NCBI GenBank assembly: GCA_963828165.1
Contig: CAWHDR010000001.1
Coordinates: forward strand, 800,001 to 864,000
Source: an uncultured Chloroflexia bacterium
GTDB lineage: Bacteria > Chloroflexota > Limnocylindria > Limnocylindrales > CSP1-4
DNA: 64,000 bases
Direction of reading: 5' to 3'
The translations under genes and the position numbers were made by a program. The notes beneath the pieces were generated by a model. That model had not been told where the DNA came from and ran no database searches. It saw nothing but the letters and a program-made list of their open reading frames with translations. Shown here in pieces: positions 28,721 through 37,933 of the stretch. How positions within the stretch are numbered: position 1 is the first letter of the stretch; each line of letters starts with the position of its first letter.

Positions 28721-28750
28721 GAACCCCGGGTTGGTCGGGACCCGGGGTTC
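28721..28750 (-). terminator. Hairpin downstream of tRNA-fMet (possibly bidirectional)
   Basis: GAACCCCGGGT/ACCCGGGGTTC followed by TTCCTT on the minus strand. Confidence 0.65.
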
Positions 28751-28762
28751 AGGAAAAGGCGT

Positions 28763-28837
28763 TGGTTGCGGGGACTGGATTCGAACCAGTGACCTTCGGG
28801 TTATGAGCCCGACGAGCTGCCGCTGCTCCACCCCGCT
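28763..28837 (-). tRNA. Initiator tRNA-fMet (CAT)
   Basis: Cloverleaf; GGG/CCC anticodon stem, CTCATAA loop, GGTTCGAATCC, CCA end, 1:72 mismatch. Confidence 0.97.
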
Positions 28838-28867
28838 CGGAGATGATAGGCAGCCAGCCCGATTCGG

Positions 28868-30232
28868 TCAAACGCCGGATACTGCCGGCTCCATCGTGGG
28901 CGATCGGCCACTCAGGCGGCGCCTGCCGATCGCGAGGCCCACGACCAGGGCGATCACCATGACCCCACTGAACACGTAGAACGGGTACAGGATGCTGCGC
29001 TCGGCCAGGATCCCGGCGCCGAGTGACGCGGCGATGAACCCGAGCGTGCCCGCGGCCCCGAACAAGCCCTGCGTGGTCGACGACCGACCCGGCGGCGAGT
29101 TCGCGGCCACGACCGCGTACAGGGCCGGGTTGAGCATCGCGAAACCGGTCGCCTCGACGAGGATCAGCGGCACCGCCAGGAACGGATCGGACAGGAACGT
29201 GTACAAGATGCCGGCGGCCGCGGGCAGCAGCGACCCGATGACGATGAAGGCCATCGATCCGCGCCGGTCCACGATCTTGCCGGCCAGTGGCGACAGGATG
29301 AGGATCGGCAGCCCGAACATCGCGAAGGTCAGGCCGATGAGCGGGAGGTCCGCGCCGAGCCCTTGCAGGAACAGGCTCCAGATGACCTCGTAGGTGCCGC
29401 CCCCGTAGTACCCGCCGAGATTGATGATGAGCGCCGCGATCAGCCCGCGGTTGAGCAGCCGCATCGTCTGTGAGGGTCGCTCCGGCTCGTCGGCGGCGAG
29501 GTCTGCAGCAAGCCGACGTTCGAGGAACGGCGAGTCCGGTGGCAGGGTCGTGACGTCCGGCGGCCGCGTCGGGTGGACGTGCCGCTCGTAGCGCTCCTCA
29601 CGTACGCGCAGCGCGATACCGACCGCGGCCACCACCGTCGCGATCGCGCTGAAGACGAAGACGAACGCGATGCCCCCGAACTGTGCCGCCCCGAAGGCGC
29701 CGATCGTCGGGCCGAGCAGCAGCCCGCCCATCTGCGCGGCTCCGTACAGGCCGAAGGCCTCCCCGCGCCGGTCCGGCGGGGTCGCGTCGGTCAGGAAACC
29801 ACGCGCGGCAGGGTCGTAGATGGCGGCACCAAGCCCGGCTCCGGCGCGCAGCAGGACGAAGGCCAGGGGCCCGGTGAGGACGAGCGGCAGCGCCCCGAAC
29901 ACGCCGGTCGCGACGAGGCCGATGACCATCAACGGGACTCGCTCGGTCCGGTCGGCGAGCCAGCCGAAGATCGGCTCGCTGACGAGACGCGCGGCGGGCC
30001 ATGCGGCGATGACGATGCCAAGGGTCGCAAGGTCGATCCCCTGCTCCGTGAAGTAGAGCGGCAGGACCGGGAGCAGGCCCCCGAACCCCAGCCAGACCAC
30101 GAACTCGGCGACGAGGAGCGGCGCGATGCCACCCCATCGTTCGAACCAGGCCGTCCATCGACGGCGGAGGCGGGTGCCGAGCGAGGGGTCGGACGGGTCC
30201 GAGGGGGCGGTTGTCGGAGGGCTGGGCGACAT
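28868..30232 (-). CDS. MFS transporter (TetA/MdtG-like)
   Basis: GWLADRTER motif A, about 12 TM segments. Confidence 0.88.
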   Translation of the reverse strand: MSPSPPTTAPSDPSDPSLGTRLRRRWTAWFERWGGIAPLLVAEFVVWLGFGGLLPVLPLYFTEQGIDLATLGIVIAAWPAARLVSEPIFGWLADRTERVPLMVIGLVATGVFGALPLVLTGPLAFVLLRAGAGLGAAIYDPAARGFLTDATPPDRRGEAFGLYGAAQMGGLLLGPTIGAFGAAQFGGIAFVFVFSAIATVVAAVGIALRVREERYERHVHPTRPPDVTTLPPDSPFLERRLAADLAADEPERPSQTMRLLNRGLIAALIINLGGYYGGGTYEVIWSLFLQGLGADLPLIGLTFAMFGLPILILSPLAGKIVDRRGSMAFIVIGSLLPAAAGILYTFLSDPFLAVPLILVEATGFAMLNPALYAVVAANSPPGRSSTTQGLFGAAGTLGFIAASLGAGILAERSILYPFYVFSGVMVIALVVGLAIGRRRLSGRSPTMEPAVSGV

Positions 30233-30377
30233 GGGACCGGTGCTGCGGGTCGGCGGGCCAGCGTAGCCCACGAGGTCGTACGCGGCTCCCCGGATGCGCC
30301 GGGCAGGACGGGGCCTGTTAACACGCAAGGCCTATACTCGGGTCTCCGATCGACCGAAACCAGGGGTGCGCCACCGC

Positions 30378-31370
30378 ATGGACGCCATCACCGCCGAAGG
30401 CCTCGTCAAGATCTACACGACCCGCAAGAGCGAGGTCCGGGCGCTCGACGGTGTGGACCTGAACGTCCCCGAAGGCACGGTGCTGGGCCTGCTCGGCCCC
30501 AACGGGGCCGGCAAGACGACCGCCGTCCGGATCCTCGCCACGCTGCTCAAGCCGGACGCCGGCCACGCCACCATCGCCGGGTTCGACCTGGAGCGCCAAC
30601 CCGACGACATCCGCCGCGTCATCGGATTGTCGGGGCAGTACGCCGCCGTCGACGAGAACCTGACGGGGAGCGAGAACCTGTGGCTCTTCGGGCGGCTCTA
30701 CCAGCTGTCATCGGCCGAGGCGCGGCGACGAGCCACCGAGCTGCTCGACGAATTCGATCTCGCCGACGCCGCCGATCGGGTCGCGAAGACCTATTCCGGG
30801 GGCATGCGCCGCCGATTGGACCTGGCGAGCGCGCTCATCGGGCGACCGCGCTTGTTGTTCCTCGACGAGCCGACGACCGGCCTCGATCCGCGAAGTCGGA
30901 TCGGGATGTGGGACGTCATCCGTGGCCTGGTCCGGGAGGGCGTGACGCTGCTTCTCACCACGCAATACCTCGAGGAGGCCGACGAGCTGGCCGACCGGAT
31001 CGTGGTGATCGACCACGGCAAGATCATCGCCCGCGGCACCGCGGACGAGCTGAAGTCCGAGGTCGGCGGCGAGCGCATCGAGGTCGTGATCCACGATCGC
31101 GATGCCATCCCGCGAGCCAGGGACATCCTGTCGCGCGATTGCGCCGGCGACGTCACCGTCGATGACCACACGCGTCGATTGACCGCACCCACCAGTGCTG
31201 GCGCGGGCGCCCTCGTCCAGGTCGTTCGCGACTTCGACGAGTCGGGCATCCGGATCGACGACATCTCGCTGCGGCGGCCGACGCTGGACGATGTCTTCCT
31301 GGCCCTCACCGGCCACGCGGCCGAGGAGGAGAGCCTCACCGCCGAGGCCGGGACGGGGAGCGCAGCATGA
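30378..31370 (+). CDS. DrrA-family ABC ATP-binding protein
   Basis: GPNGAGKT, YSGGMRRRLDLA, LLTTQYLEEAD, RRPTLDDVFL. Confidence 0.93.
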   Translation: MDAITAEGLVKIYTTRKSEVRALDGVDLNVPEGTVLGLLGPNGAGKTTAVRILATLLKPDAGHATIAGFDLERQPDDIRRVIGLSGQYAAVDENLTGSENLWLFGRLYQLSSAEARRRATELLDEFDLADAADRVAKTYSGGMRRRLDLASALIGRPRLLFLDEPTTGLDPRSRIGMWDVIRGLVREGVTLLLTTQYLEEADELADRIVVIDHGKIIARGTADELKSEVGGERIEVVIHDRDAIPRARDILSRDCAGDVTVDDHTRRLTAPTSAGAGALVQVVRDFDESGIRIDDISLRRPTLDDVFLALTGHAAEEESLTAEAGTGSAA

Positions 31371-32182
31371 CCGCACGAACGACATCGGCGCCGAGCAGCG
31401 TCCTCGGCAGGTCGGTCACGGACGGCCTCCTCGTCGGCTGGCGGAACCTCAAGCGGATCCCCCGGATCCCGGAGCTCGCGATCTTCGCGATCCTCCAGTC
31501 GATCATGTTCGTGCTGCTCTTCGTGTTCGTGTTCGGCGGTGCGATCAACGTCCCGGGCGATTACACGTCGTTCCTGATGCCCGGCATCTTCGCCCAGACG
31601 ATCGTCTTCGCCTCCGGTACCACGGCGATCGGCATGACCGACGACATCAACAAGGGGATCATCGACCGGTTCCGGTCGCTCCCGATGTCACGCTCCGCGG
31701 TCCTGACCGGCCGGACGTTCTCCGACGTGATCTACAACGCCGGGATCCTCGTGGTGCTCATGCTGACCGGCTTCGCCATCGGCTGGCGCGTCGAGAGCCT
31801 CCCGTCGCTCGTGGCAGGCTTCGCGCTGCTGCTGTTCTTCGCCTACGGCATGGTCTGGCTCGGGGTCTGGCTGGGATTGAACGTCCCGACCGTCGAAGTC
31901 GGTCAGCAGGTGATCTTCACGGTGCTGTTCCCGATCACCTTCATCTCGAACGTCTTCGTCCCGGCCTCGACGTTGCCGGACTGGCTCCAACCGATCGCCG
32001 AGTGGAATCCGACGAGCACCTTGACCGCCGCCCTGCGCGAGATGTGGGGGTACCCGACACCGCCCGTATCGGACAGCCTCGCCTCGACGGAGCCGGCCCT
32101 CGTCACGATCGCCTGGGTGCTCGTGTTCATCGCGGTCTTCGCTCCGCTCGGGGTCCGCCGCTACCGCTCGATGAGCCGCTGA
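31367..32182 (+). CDS. DrrB-family ABC-2 permease
   Basis: PGIFAQT, DRFRSLPMSRSAVL, MP/LPDWLQ..AEWNP. Confidence 0.92.
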   Translation: MTARTTSAPSSVLGRSVTDGLLVGWRNLKRIPRIPELAIFAILQSIMFVLLFVFVFGGAINVPGDYTSFLMPGIFAQTIVFASGTTAIGMTDDINKGIIDRFRSLPMSRSAVLTGRTFSDVIYNAGILVVLMLTGFAIGWRVESLPSLVAGFALLLFFAYGMVWLGVWLGLNVPTVEVGQQVIFTVLFPITFISNVFVPASTLPDWLQPIAEWNPTSTLTAALREMWGYPTPPVSDSLASTEPALVTIAWVLVFIAVFAPLGVRRYRSMSR

Positions 32183-32187
32183 CACAG

Positions 32188-32553
32188 ATGGCGGCGCCGC
32201 CCTGGCTGCTGGCCCTCGGGCTGGTCCTCGGGCTGCTCGTCCTGCTTCCCGCCCGACGCCTGCAGCTCGCCGGCCTCCCGCCGCGGACGATCGGGATGCT
32301 CGCCCTCATCCTGTGGGCGCTGGGGATGCTGGTCGCGGTCAGCCCGGGAGGGGCTCGCGTCCTGATCCCGATCCTGCTCGTGGCCTACCTCGCGCCCTTC
32401 GTCGCTGCGCCCGACCGGGTCGGGCGGATCCTGCGGCGTGGTGGCGGCCCTGGTGGCCGGGGCGGTGCGGCCGGCCCACCGATCAAGAACGTCACGCCGC
32501 CCGATCCAGACAGCCCGGGCGACGCCCGTTCTGATGGCGGCCCGCGGCCGTGA
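32188..32553 (+). CDS. Small hypothetical membrane protein
   Basis: Hydrophobic C-terminal part of the 31195 ORF; PIKNVTPP; GTGA coupling to the next gene. Confidence 0.6.
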   Translation: MAAPPWLLALGLVLGLLVLLPARRLQLAGLPPRTIGMLALILWALGMLVAVSPGGARVLIPILLVAYLAPFVAAPDRVGRILRRGGGPGGRGGAAGPPIKNVTPPDPDSPGDARSDGGPRP

Positions 32554-33278
32554 CCGGGCCCGTCGCGCTCCATGGGGGCGGCGAGTTCCTGCCCGGCGAT
32601 GAGGCGTTCCTGCTGGCGATCATGCGTCTGGCGCCCCGGGTAGGCGGGAGGGTCCGGGTCGCCGTCGTCCCCACGGCCGCGGCTCGTGGCCGGCCGGACC
32701 TGGCCGCCTCCAACGGTGTCGACGCATTCCGGCGCGTGGCGGCGGATGCCCGGATCGCGATCGTCGTGGAGCCGGTGCGCATCGTGGACGACGCCTCTGC
32801 CGCGGACGCGTCCCTCGCCGAGCGCCTGACCACCGCCGATCTCATCCACCTCCCGGGCGGCGACCCGGACATCATCCCGACGCTCTACCCGGGGACCGCG
32901 GCATGGGCGGCGATGCAAGGAGCCCACGCGGGCGGGGCCGTGCTCGCGGGCGCCAGCGCCGGCGCGATGGCCCTCGCGGCGTGGACCTGGACGCGACAAG
33001 GCGGCGTGCAGGGCCTCGGGGTCGTCCCGGGGATCGGCGTCGCGCCGCATGCCGACGCCGCGACCTGGGACCAGGCGGTCGCCCGCTATGGCGCCGTCGT
33101 GCCGCCCGGTCTGGGGTTCATCGGCCTGGCGGAGCGGACCGGCGTCATCGTGCCGGCGTCGGCGCGCGAGCCGTGGCAGGTCGTGGGCCAGGGCGAAGCT
33201 CGCTGGCTGAGCGCCGCGGCGCGGGCCGCCGGCGAGCCGCCGGTCGTGGCCGCGGACGGCGACACGATCGTCCCGTAG
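32550..33278 (+). CDS. Peptidase S51/cyanophycinase-like type 1 GATase-fold protein
   Basis: LHGGGE, VPTAA, LPGGDP, GASAGAM, PH. Confidence 0.85.
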   Translation: MTGPVALHGGGEFLPGDEAFLLAIMRLAPRVGGRVRVAVVPTAAARGRPDLAASNGVDAFRRVAADARIAIVVEPVRIVDDASAADASLAERLTTADLIHLPGGDPDIIPTLYPGTAAWAAMQGAHAGGAVLAGASAGAMALAAWTWTRQGGVQGLGVVPGIGVAPHADAATWDQAVARYGAVVPPGLGFIGLAERTGVIVPASAREPWQVVGQGEARWLSAAARAAGEPPVVAADGDTIVP

Positions 33279-33280
33279 CG

Positions 33281-34477
33281 ATGCGCGCCGACCTGGGCTG
33301 GAGGCTGGATCCAGACGTCACGTTCCTGAACCACGGCTCATTCGGCGCCTGTCCGGAGGCGGTCCTGGCCGTCCAGCGCGAATGGCGGGACCGGATGGAG
33401 CGCCGACCGATCCAGTTCCTGGACCGCGAGCTGGAGGGACATCTCGACGCCACTCGCCGGGCGCTCGGGGCCTTCCTCGGGGCGGACCCGACCGGGCTGG
33501 TCTTCGTCCCGAACGCGACGACCGGCGTGAACGCCGTGCTCCGCTCGCTCCGCTTCGAGCCGGGCGACGAGCTGCTGACCAGCGACCACGAGTACAACGC
33601 CATCCTGAACACGATCGGCGCGGTCGCGAACCGGGACGGCGCGAGGGTCGTCCTCGCGCCGATCCCGTTCCCGACCAGCGGAGAAGACGAGGTCGTCGCT
33701 GCCGTCATGGCGTCCGTGACGCCGCAGACTCGGCTCGCGGTGCTCAGCCACGTCACGAGCCCGACCGCCCTTGTCCTGCCGATCGCGCGCCTCGTCCGCG
33801 AGCTCGAAGCCCGCGGGATCGACACGCTCGTCGATGGCGCCCACGCCCCGGGCACGGTGCCGCTGGATCTCGACACGCTCGGTGCCGCGTACTACGCCGG
33901 CAACGCGCACAAGTGGCTGTGTGCACCCAAGGGTGCCGGCTTCCTGTGGGTCCGCGCCGACCGGCGCGACCGCATCCACCCGACGATCGTCTCGCACGGG
34001 GCCAACGCGACTCGCACCGACCGCGCGCGCTACCAGCTCGAGTTCGACTGGGTGGGCACCGCCGACCCGACGCCTGCCCTGTCGATCCCCGCCGCCATCG
34101 ACTGGGTGGCGCGCCTCGATCCCGGCGGCTGGCCCGCGCTCATGGCCGCCAATCGCGCGCTCGCGCTCGAGGCCCGGGACCGCCTGCTTGCGGCATTCGG
34201 CGGCCCGACGCCCGCGCCGGACGAGCTGGTCGGGTCGATGGTCTCGTTCCCCCTTCACGGGCTTGCGACCGATGCGCAGGCGGAGGCCGTCCATCTCGGC
34301 CTCGTGGACGACAGGATCGAGGTCCCGATCGTGGCGTGGCCCGTCCCAGGAGCCCGCCCGATCCCGACCGATCCCCCGCGGGCCATCCTCGTGCGGGTGT
34401 CCGCGCAGCGTTACGTCGAATCCGACGACATCGAGCGGCTGGTCGTCGCGCTGGGCCGGCGGCTGACCGCCGAGTAG
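33281..34477 (+). CDS. Class V PLP enzyme (isopenicillin-N epimerase/EgtE-like)
   Basis: FLNHGSFGACP, DGAHAPG, NAHKWLCAPKG. Confidence 0.9.
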   Translation: MRADLGWRLDPDVTFLNHGSFGACPEAVLAVQREWRDRMERRPIQFLDRELEGHLDATRRALGAFLGADPTGLVFVPNATTGVNAVLRSLRFEPGDELLTSDHEYNAILNTIGAVANRDGARVVLAPIPFPTSGEDEVVAAVMASVTPQTRLAVLSHVTSPTALVLPIARLVRELEARGIDTLVDGAHAPGTVPLDLDTLGAAYYAGNAHKWLCAPKGAGFLWVRADRRDRIHPTIVSHGANATRTDRARYQLEFDWVGTADPTPALSIPAAIDWVARLDPGGWPALMAANRALALEARDRLLAAFGGPTPAPDELVGSMVSFPLHGLATDAQAEAVHLGLVDDRIEVPIVAWPVPGARPIPTDPPRAILVRVSAQRYVESDDIERLVVALGRRLTAE

Positions 34478-34986
34478 ATCCCGCCGAGGAACCGGCTCGG
34501 GACGCGGGTCAGCGGTGTCGTATCGACAAGACCGGCCTCGGCGGCGAGGCGGGCAAAGGTCGTTGCCGTGAACGGATGCGGGACCCAGGGATTGCCCCGG
34601 TCCGCGTCGTATTCGACCACGATGAACGGCGCGGCGGGCCGGAGGTGGGTCGCCAGCGAGTGGATGACGGCCGCCTGCCCGTCACGCGGCACGAAATGCA
34701 GGCTGTTCGCGGCGATCAGCCCATCGAGCGGCGGCAGCTCCAGGTCGGTCGTGAAGTCGGTACGGAGGGTCGTGAGCTCCACGCCGGGAAAGCGTGCGGC
34801 GACCGCGGCCGCGTTGGACCGCAGCGCACCGGCATCCCTATCCACGGCGACGATCCGTGAGCCCGGGCCGAGCACCTCCGCGAGGGCGAGCGTGAACGCT
34901 CCCTCCCCCGCCCCGATGTCCGCCCAGGTGCCGCCCGGACCCGGGATCCCGCCGCGGATGAGGGCGACGTGGTCACGGTGGTCCAT
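34411..34986 (-). CDS. Class I SAM methyltransferase
   Basis: WADIGAGEGAFT, ANSLHFV, VEYD...NPWVP. Confidence 0.85.
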   Translation of the reverse strand: MDHRDHVALIRGGIPGPGGTWADIGAGEGAFTLALAEVLGPGSRIVAVDRDAGALRSNAAAVAARFPGVELTTLRTDFTTDLELPPLDGLIAANSLHFVPRDGQAAVIHSLATHLRPAAPFIVVEYDADRGNPWVPHPFTATTFARLAAEAGLVDTTPLTRVPSRFLGGIYSAVSRRPSATTSRSMSSDST

Positions 34987-34988
34987 CG

Positions 34989-37826
34989 TCAGCCGGTGTT
35001 CTGCAGGCCGGCAGCAACGCCATTCACGGACATCTGGACGAGTCGCAGGACCCGAGGGCGCTCCGGGTCGTCGTCCGGGAGGCCCCGGAACCTGGCAAGG
35101 AGCCGCACCTGGAGCTCGGAAAGGGCGTCCACGTACGGATTGCGCAGCCCGATCGAGCGTTGCAGGACCGGGGCACCGTCGAGCAGGTGGTCGCGACCGG
35201 TCACCCGCAGGAGCAGGGCCACCGTGCGGTGGTACTCCGCTTCGATCGTCTCCCAGCGGCGGTCGTCGTCCGGGCTCGACGCGAGCGACGCATACCGGCG
35301 GGCGACACCCATGTCCGCCTTGGCCAGGATCATCTCGGCGTTATCGAGCACGGACGCCAGGAACGGCCACGACCGGTACAGCCGACCGATCTCGGCGAGT
35401 CCCTCGTCGCCATGCCTGGCGCGGAACGCATCCAACGCGGAGCCCAATCCATACCAGCCGGGCACGTTGATGCGCGACTGGGACCAGGCGAACGTCCACG
35501 GGATCGCGCGCAGGTCGTCGATCGGGGGCATCGCGGCCCCGGACCCGCCGGCTCGGCCGCGGGCCGCCGGCCGCGAACCGAGACGAAGGTCGGACAGCTC
35601 CGCGATCGGCGTGATGTCGCGGAAGAACCCCGCGAACCCGGGGTCGTCGTGGATGAGCGCGCGATATGCGGTCCGCGCCGTGTCGGCCAGCTCCGCCAGC
35701 AGCGGACCGCCCTCGTGCAACGCTTCCGTGGCGGCGGCATCGTGCTCGGGCGTGGAGGCGATGAGCGCAGCGCCCGTCAGCTGCTCGAGGTGGCGACGGG
35801 CGATGGCGGGATCGGCGTAGTTGGCGGCGATGACCTCGCCCTGCTCGGTGAGCTTGAGCCGCCCATCGACCGAGCCCGGGGCACCGCCCAGGATCGCCCG
35901 ATTGGCCGGTCCGCCGCCGCGTCCGATGGCGCCGCCGCGACCATGGAAGAGCGTCAGCTCGACGCCGTGCTCCCGCGCGACCGCGACGAGCGCCTCCTGG
36001 GAACGATGCAGCATCCAGGCGGCGGCGAGGAAGCCGGACTCCTTGTTCGAGTCGGAATAGCCGAGCATCACCTCCTGGCGGTCGCCGCGGGTCGCGAGGT
36101 GGGCTCGGTAGCCCGGGTCGCGCAGCAGCTCGTCGAGGATCGGGCCGGCCCGAGCGAGCGCGTCGGAGGTTTCGAACAACGGCACGACGTCGAGGCGCGG
36201 GGCCGGGCCTTCGGGCCCGTGAAGGGCGTGGCCCCCACCGTCCGCGCCGCGCTCACGCGCGACCCGCGCGAGGCGCAGCACGTCGGTCACGTCCCGAGCC
36301 TCCGCCGTGAACGAGACGACGAACCGCCGGCACGACTCCTCCCCGAACCGCTCCTGCAGGGCGTCGATGGACCGGAACGTGGCCAGCACCTCGTCGAGCG
36401 TGACGCCCGGCGTGACCTCGCTGCTGCTGTCGGCATCCACCGGACGGGGCGCGTCCCCGAGCCGCTCGAGCGCGGCCCGATGGACCGCGCCGTGCTGTCG
36501 GATCTCGAGCGACGCCAGGTGGAACCCGTAGGTTGCGAGCTGCCAGCGCAATTCGGCGACCTCGCCCCAGGCGATGCGCGCCAGTCCATCGTCCACGAGC
36601 GCCGCCTGGAGCTCGGCCAGCTCCGCGTCGAGGTCCGCGGCCGAGTCGTAATGGCCCGAGCGCGGTCCCGTGTCGTCGGCGAGCGTCACGCGGGTCCGGC
36701 GCAACCGCTCGGCGATGAACCCGAATCGCTGGCGGTAGGGCTCGTCGGGGAACCGGCGGCGGAGCTGTCGGTCGGTCTCGGGAAGGGCCTCGGCATCGCG
36801 GGCCAGGCGGTTCGCCAGGGGCCGCGCGACGCGCGTCGACGTCGTGGCTGCCGAGACCGTCTGCATCAGGCGCATCGCCACCGCCTCGTACCCGTGGAGG
36901 ACGTGATCGGCCTGGATGCGCAGCGTCCGTTCGGTCATCTCGGCCGTCACGGCCGGGTTCCCGTCGCGGTCACCGCCGATCCACGATCCGAAGCGCAAGA
37001 ACGCCGGGACGCGGGGCGGCCGAGCGCCCGTCCGCGGACCCCGGGTGCCCGGGCCGTCCAGTGCCGCGTCGGTGGTGCGATACAGCCGTGGCACGAGCGT
37101 GAACAGCGTCGCGTCGAACACGGCCATCGCCGTGCGCACCTCGTCGAGCGGCTCGGGAGCCACGGAGCGCAGGTCGGAGGTCCGCCACATGAGCGTGATC
37201 TCCTCGCGCAGCCGGCGGCGGACCTCGCGGTCCTCCGATGGGGTGAGGCGCGGGTCGTCCAGTCGCTCGAGCAGCGCCGCGCAACGGCGCAGCGCGATGA
37301 GCGCGGTCCGTCGCCGGGCCTCCGTCGGGTGCGCGGTCAGGACCGGCGTGATGCGCAACCGGCCGAAGATGTCGTCGAGCGCCGCGTCGTCGCGCCCGGT
37401 CCCCCGCAGCCGCGCGATCGCCTCGGCGATCGAGTCGTCCAGGATCCCGTCGCGCGCCGAACGCTCCCGGCGCCGAAGCGCCCGGACGCGGCCGCGGGCC
37501 TCGGCGAGGTTTACGAGCTGGAAGTAGAGGGAAAACGCCGAGATCACCGCCTCCACGGCACCCACGTGCAGGCCGTCGAGCTCAGCCTCGACCCGAGCCC
37601 GGAGCTCCGGGTCGTCAGCGCGCCGGAGGTCGATGGCCGCGCGCCGCAGTCGCTCGACGAGGTCGAAGATCTCGTCGCCAGCTTGCTCCGCGATGACCTG
37701 GCCGAGGAGCACGCCAAGGAGCCTGACCTCGAGCGCGAGGGGGTCGCGCGCGCCGGCCGATCCGATGCCCGTCGGCTCGGCGCGTCGAGCCCGCGGTCCC
37801 GGTCTGCGTCGACCACGTTCCGTCAC
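34989..37826 (-). CDS. ppc: Phosphoenolpyruvate carboxylase
   Basis: VLTAHPTE, GSWIGGDRDGNP, QEVMLGYSDS, FHGRGG, LRAIPW, QNTG. Confidence 0.97.
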   Translation of the reverse strand: MTERGRRRPGPRARRAEPTGIGSAGARDPLALEVRLLGVLLGQVIAEQAGDEIFDLVERLRRAAIDLRRADDPELRARVEAELDGLHVGAVEAVISAFSLYFQLVNLAEARGRVRALRRRERSARDGILDDSIAEAIARLRGTGRDDAALDDIFGRLRITPVLTAHPTEARRRTALIALRRCAALLERLDDPRLTPSEDREVRRRLREEITLMWRTSDLRSVAPEPLDEVRTAMAVFDATLFTLVPRLYRTTDAALDGPGTRGPRTGARPPRVPAFLRFGSWIGGDRDGNPAVTAEMTERTLRIQADHVLHGYEAVAMRLMQTVSAATTSTRVARPLANRLARDAEALPETDRQLRRRFPDEPYRQRFGFIAERLRRTRVTLADDTGPRSGHYDSAADLDAELAELQAALVDDGLARIAWGEVAELRWQLATYGFHLASLEIRQHGAVHRAALERLGDAPRPVDADSSSEVTPGVTLDEVLATFRSIDALQERFGEESCRRFVVSFTAEARDVTDVLRLARVARERGADGGGHALHGPEGPAPRLDVVPLFETSDALARAGPILDELLRDPGYRAHLATRGDRQEVMLGYSDSNKESGFLAAAWMLHRSQEALVAVAREHGVELTLFHGRGGAIGRGGGPANRAILGGAPGSVDGRLKLTEQGEVIAANYADPAIARRHLEQLTGAALIASTPEHDAAATEALHEGGPLLAELADTARTAYRALIHDDPGFAGFFRDITPIAELSDLRLGSRPAARGRAGGSGAAMPPIDDLRAIPWTFAWSQSRINVPGWYGLGSALDAFRARHGDEGLAEIGRLYRSWPFLASVLDNAEMILAKADMGVARRYASLASSPDDDRRWETIEAEYHRTVALLLRVTGRDHLLDGAPVLQRSIGLRNPYVDALSELQVRLLARFRGLPDDDPERPRVLRLVQMSVNGVAAGLQNTG

Positions 37827-37862
37827 GACGCGACCCCGGAGCCTCGCCGTGCCCGCCGCGAG

Positions 37863-37926
37863 CGCAACCTAGCGACGACGCGACCGCAACCTTTCTCGGC
37901 CGCAACCTTTCTTACCCTTGTATCGT
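37863..37926 (+). promoter_or_regulatory. Direct repeats and -10 element upstream of the histidine kinase
   Basis: CGCAACCT at 37863; CCGCAACCTTTCT at 37884 and 37900; TATCGT at 37921, 7 nt before ATG 37934. Confidence 0.6.
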
Positions 37927-37933
37927 GACCACG

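Noticed and set aside
33281-34986. Ergothioneine or beta-lactam pathway from the EgtE/CefD-like enzyme plus methyltransferase
   Set aside because: No EgtB/EgtD or IPNS genes in the window; the methyltransferase is generic and convergent
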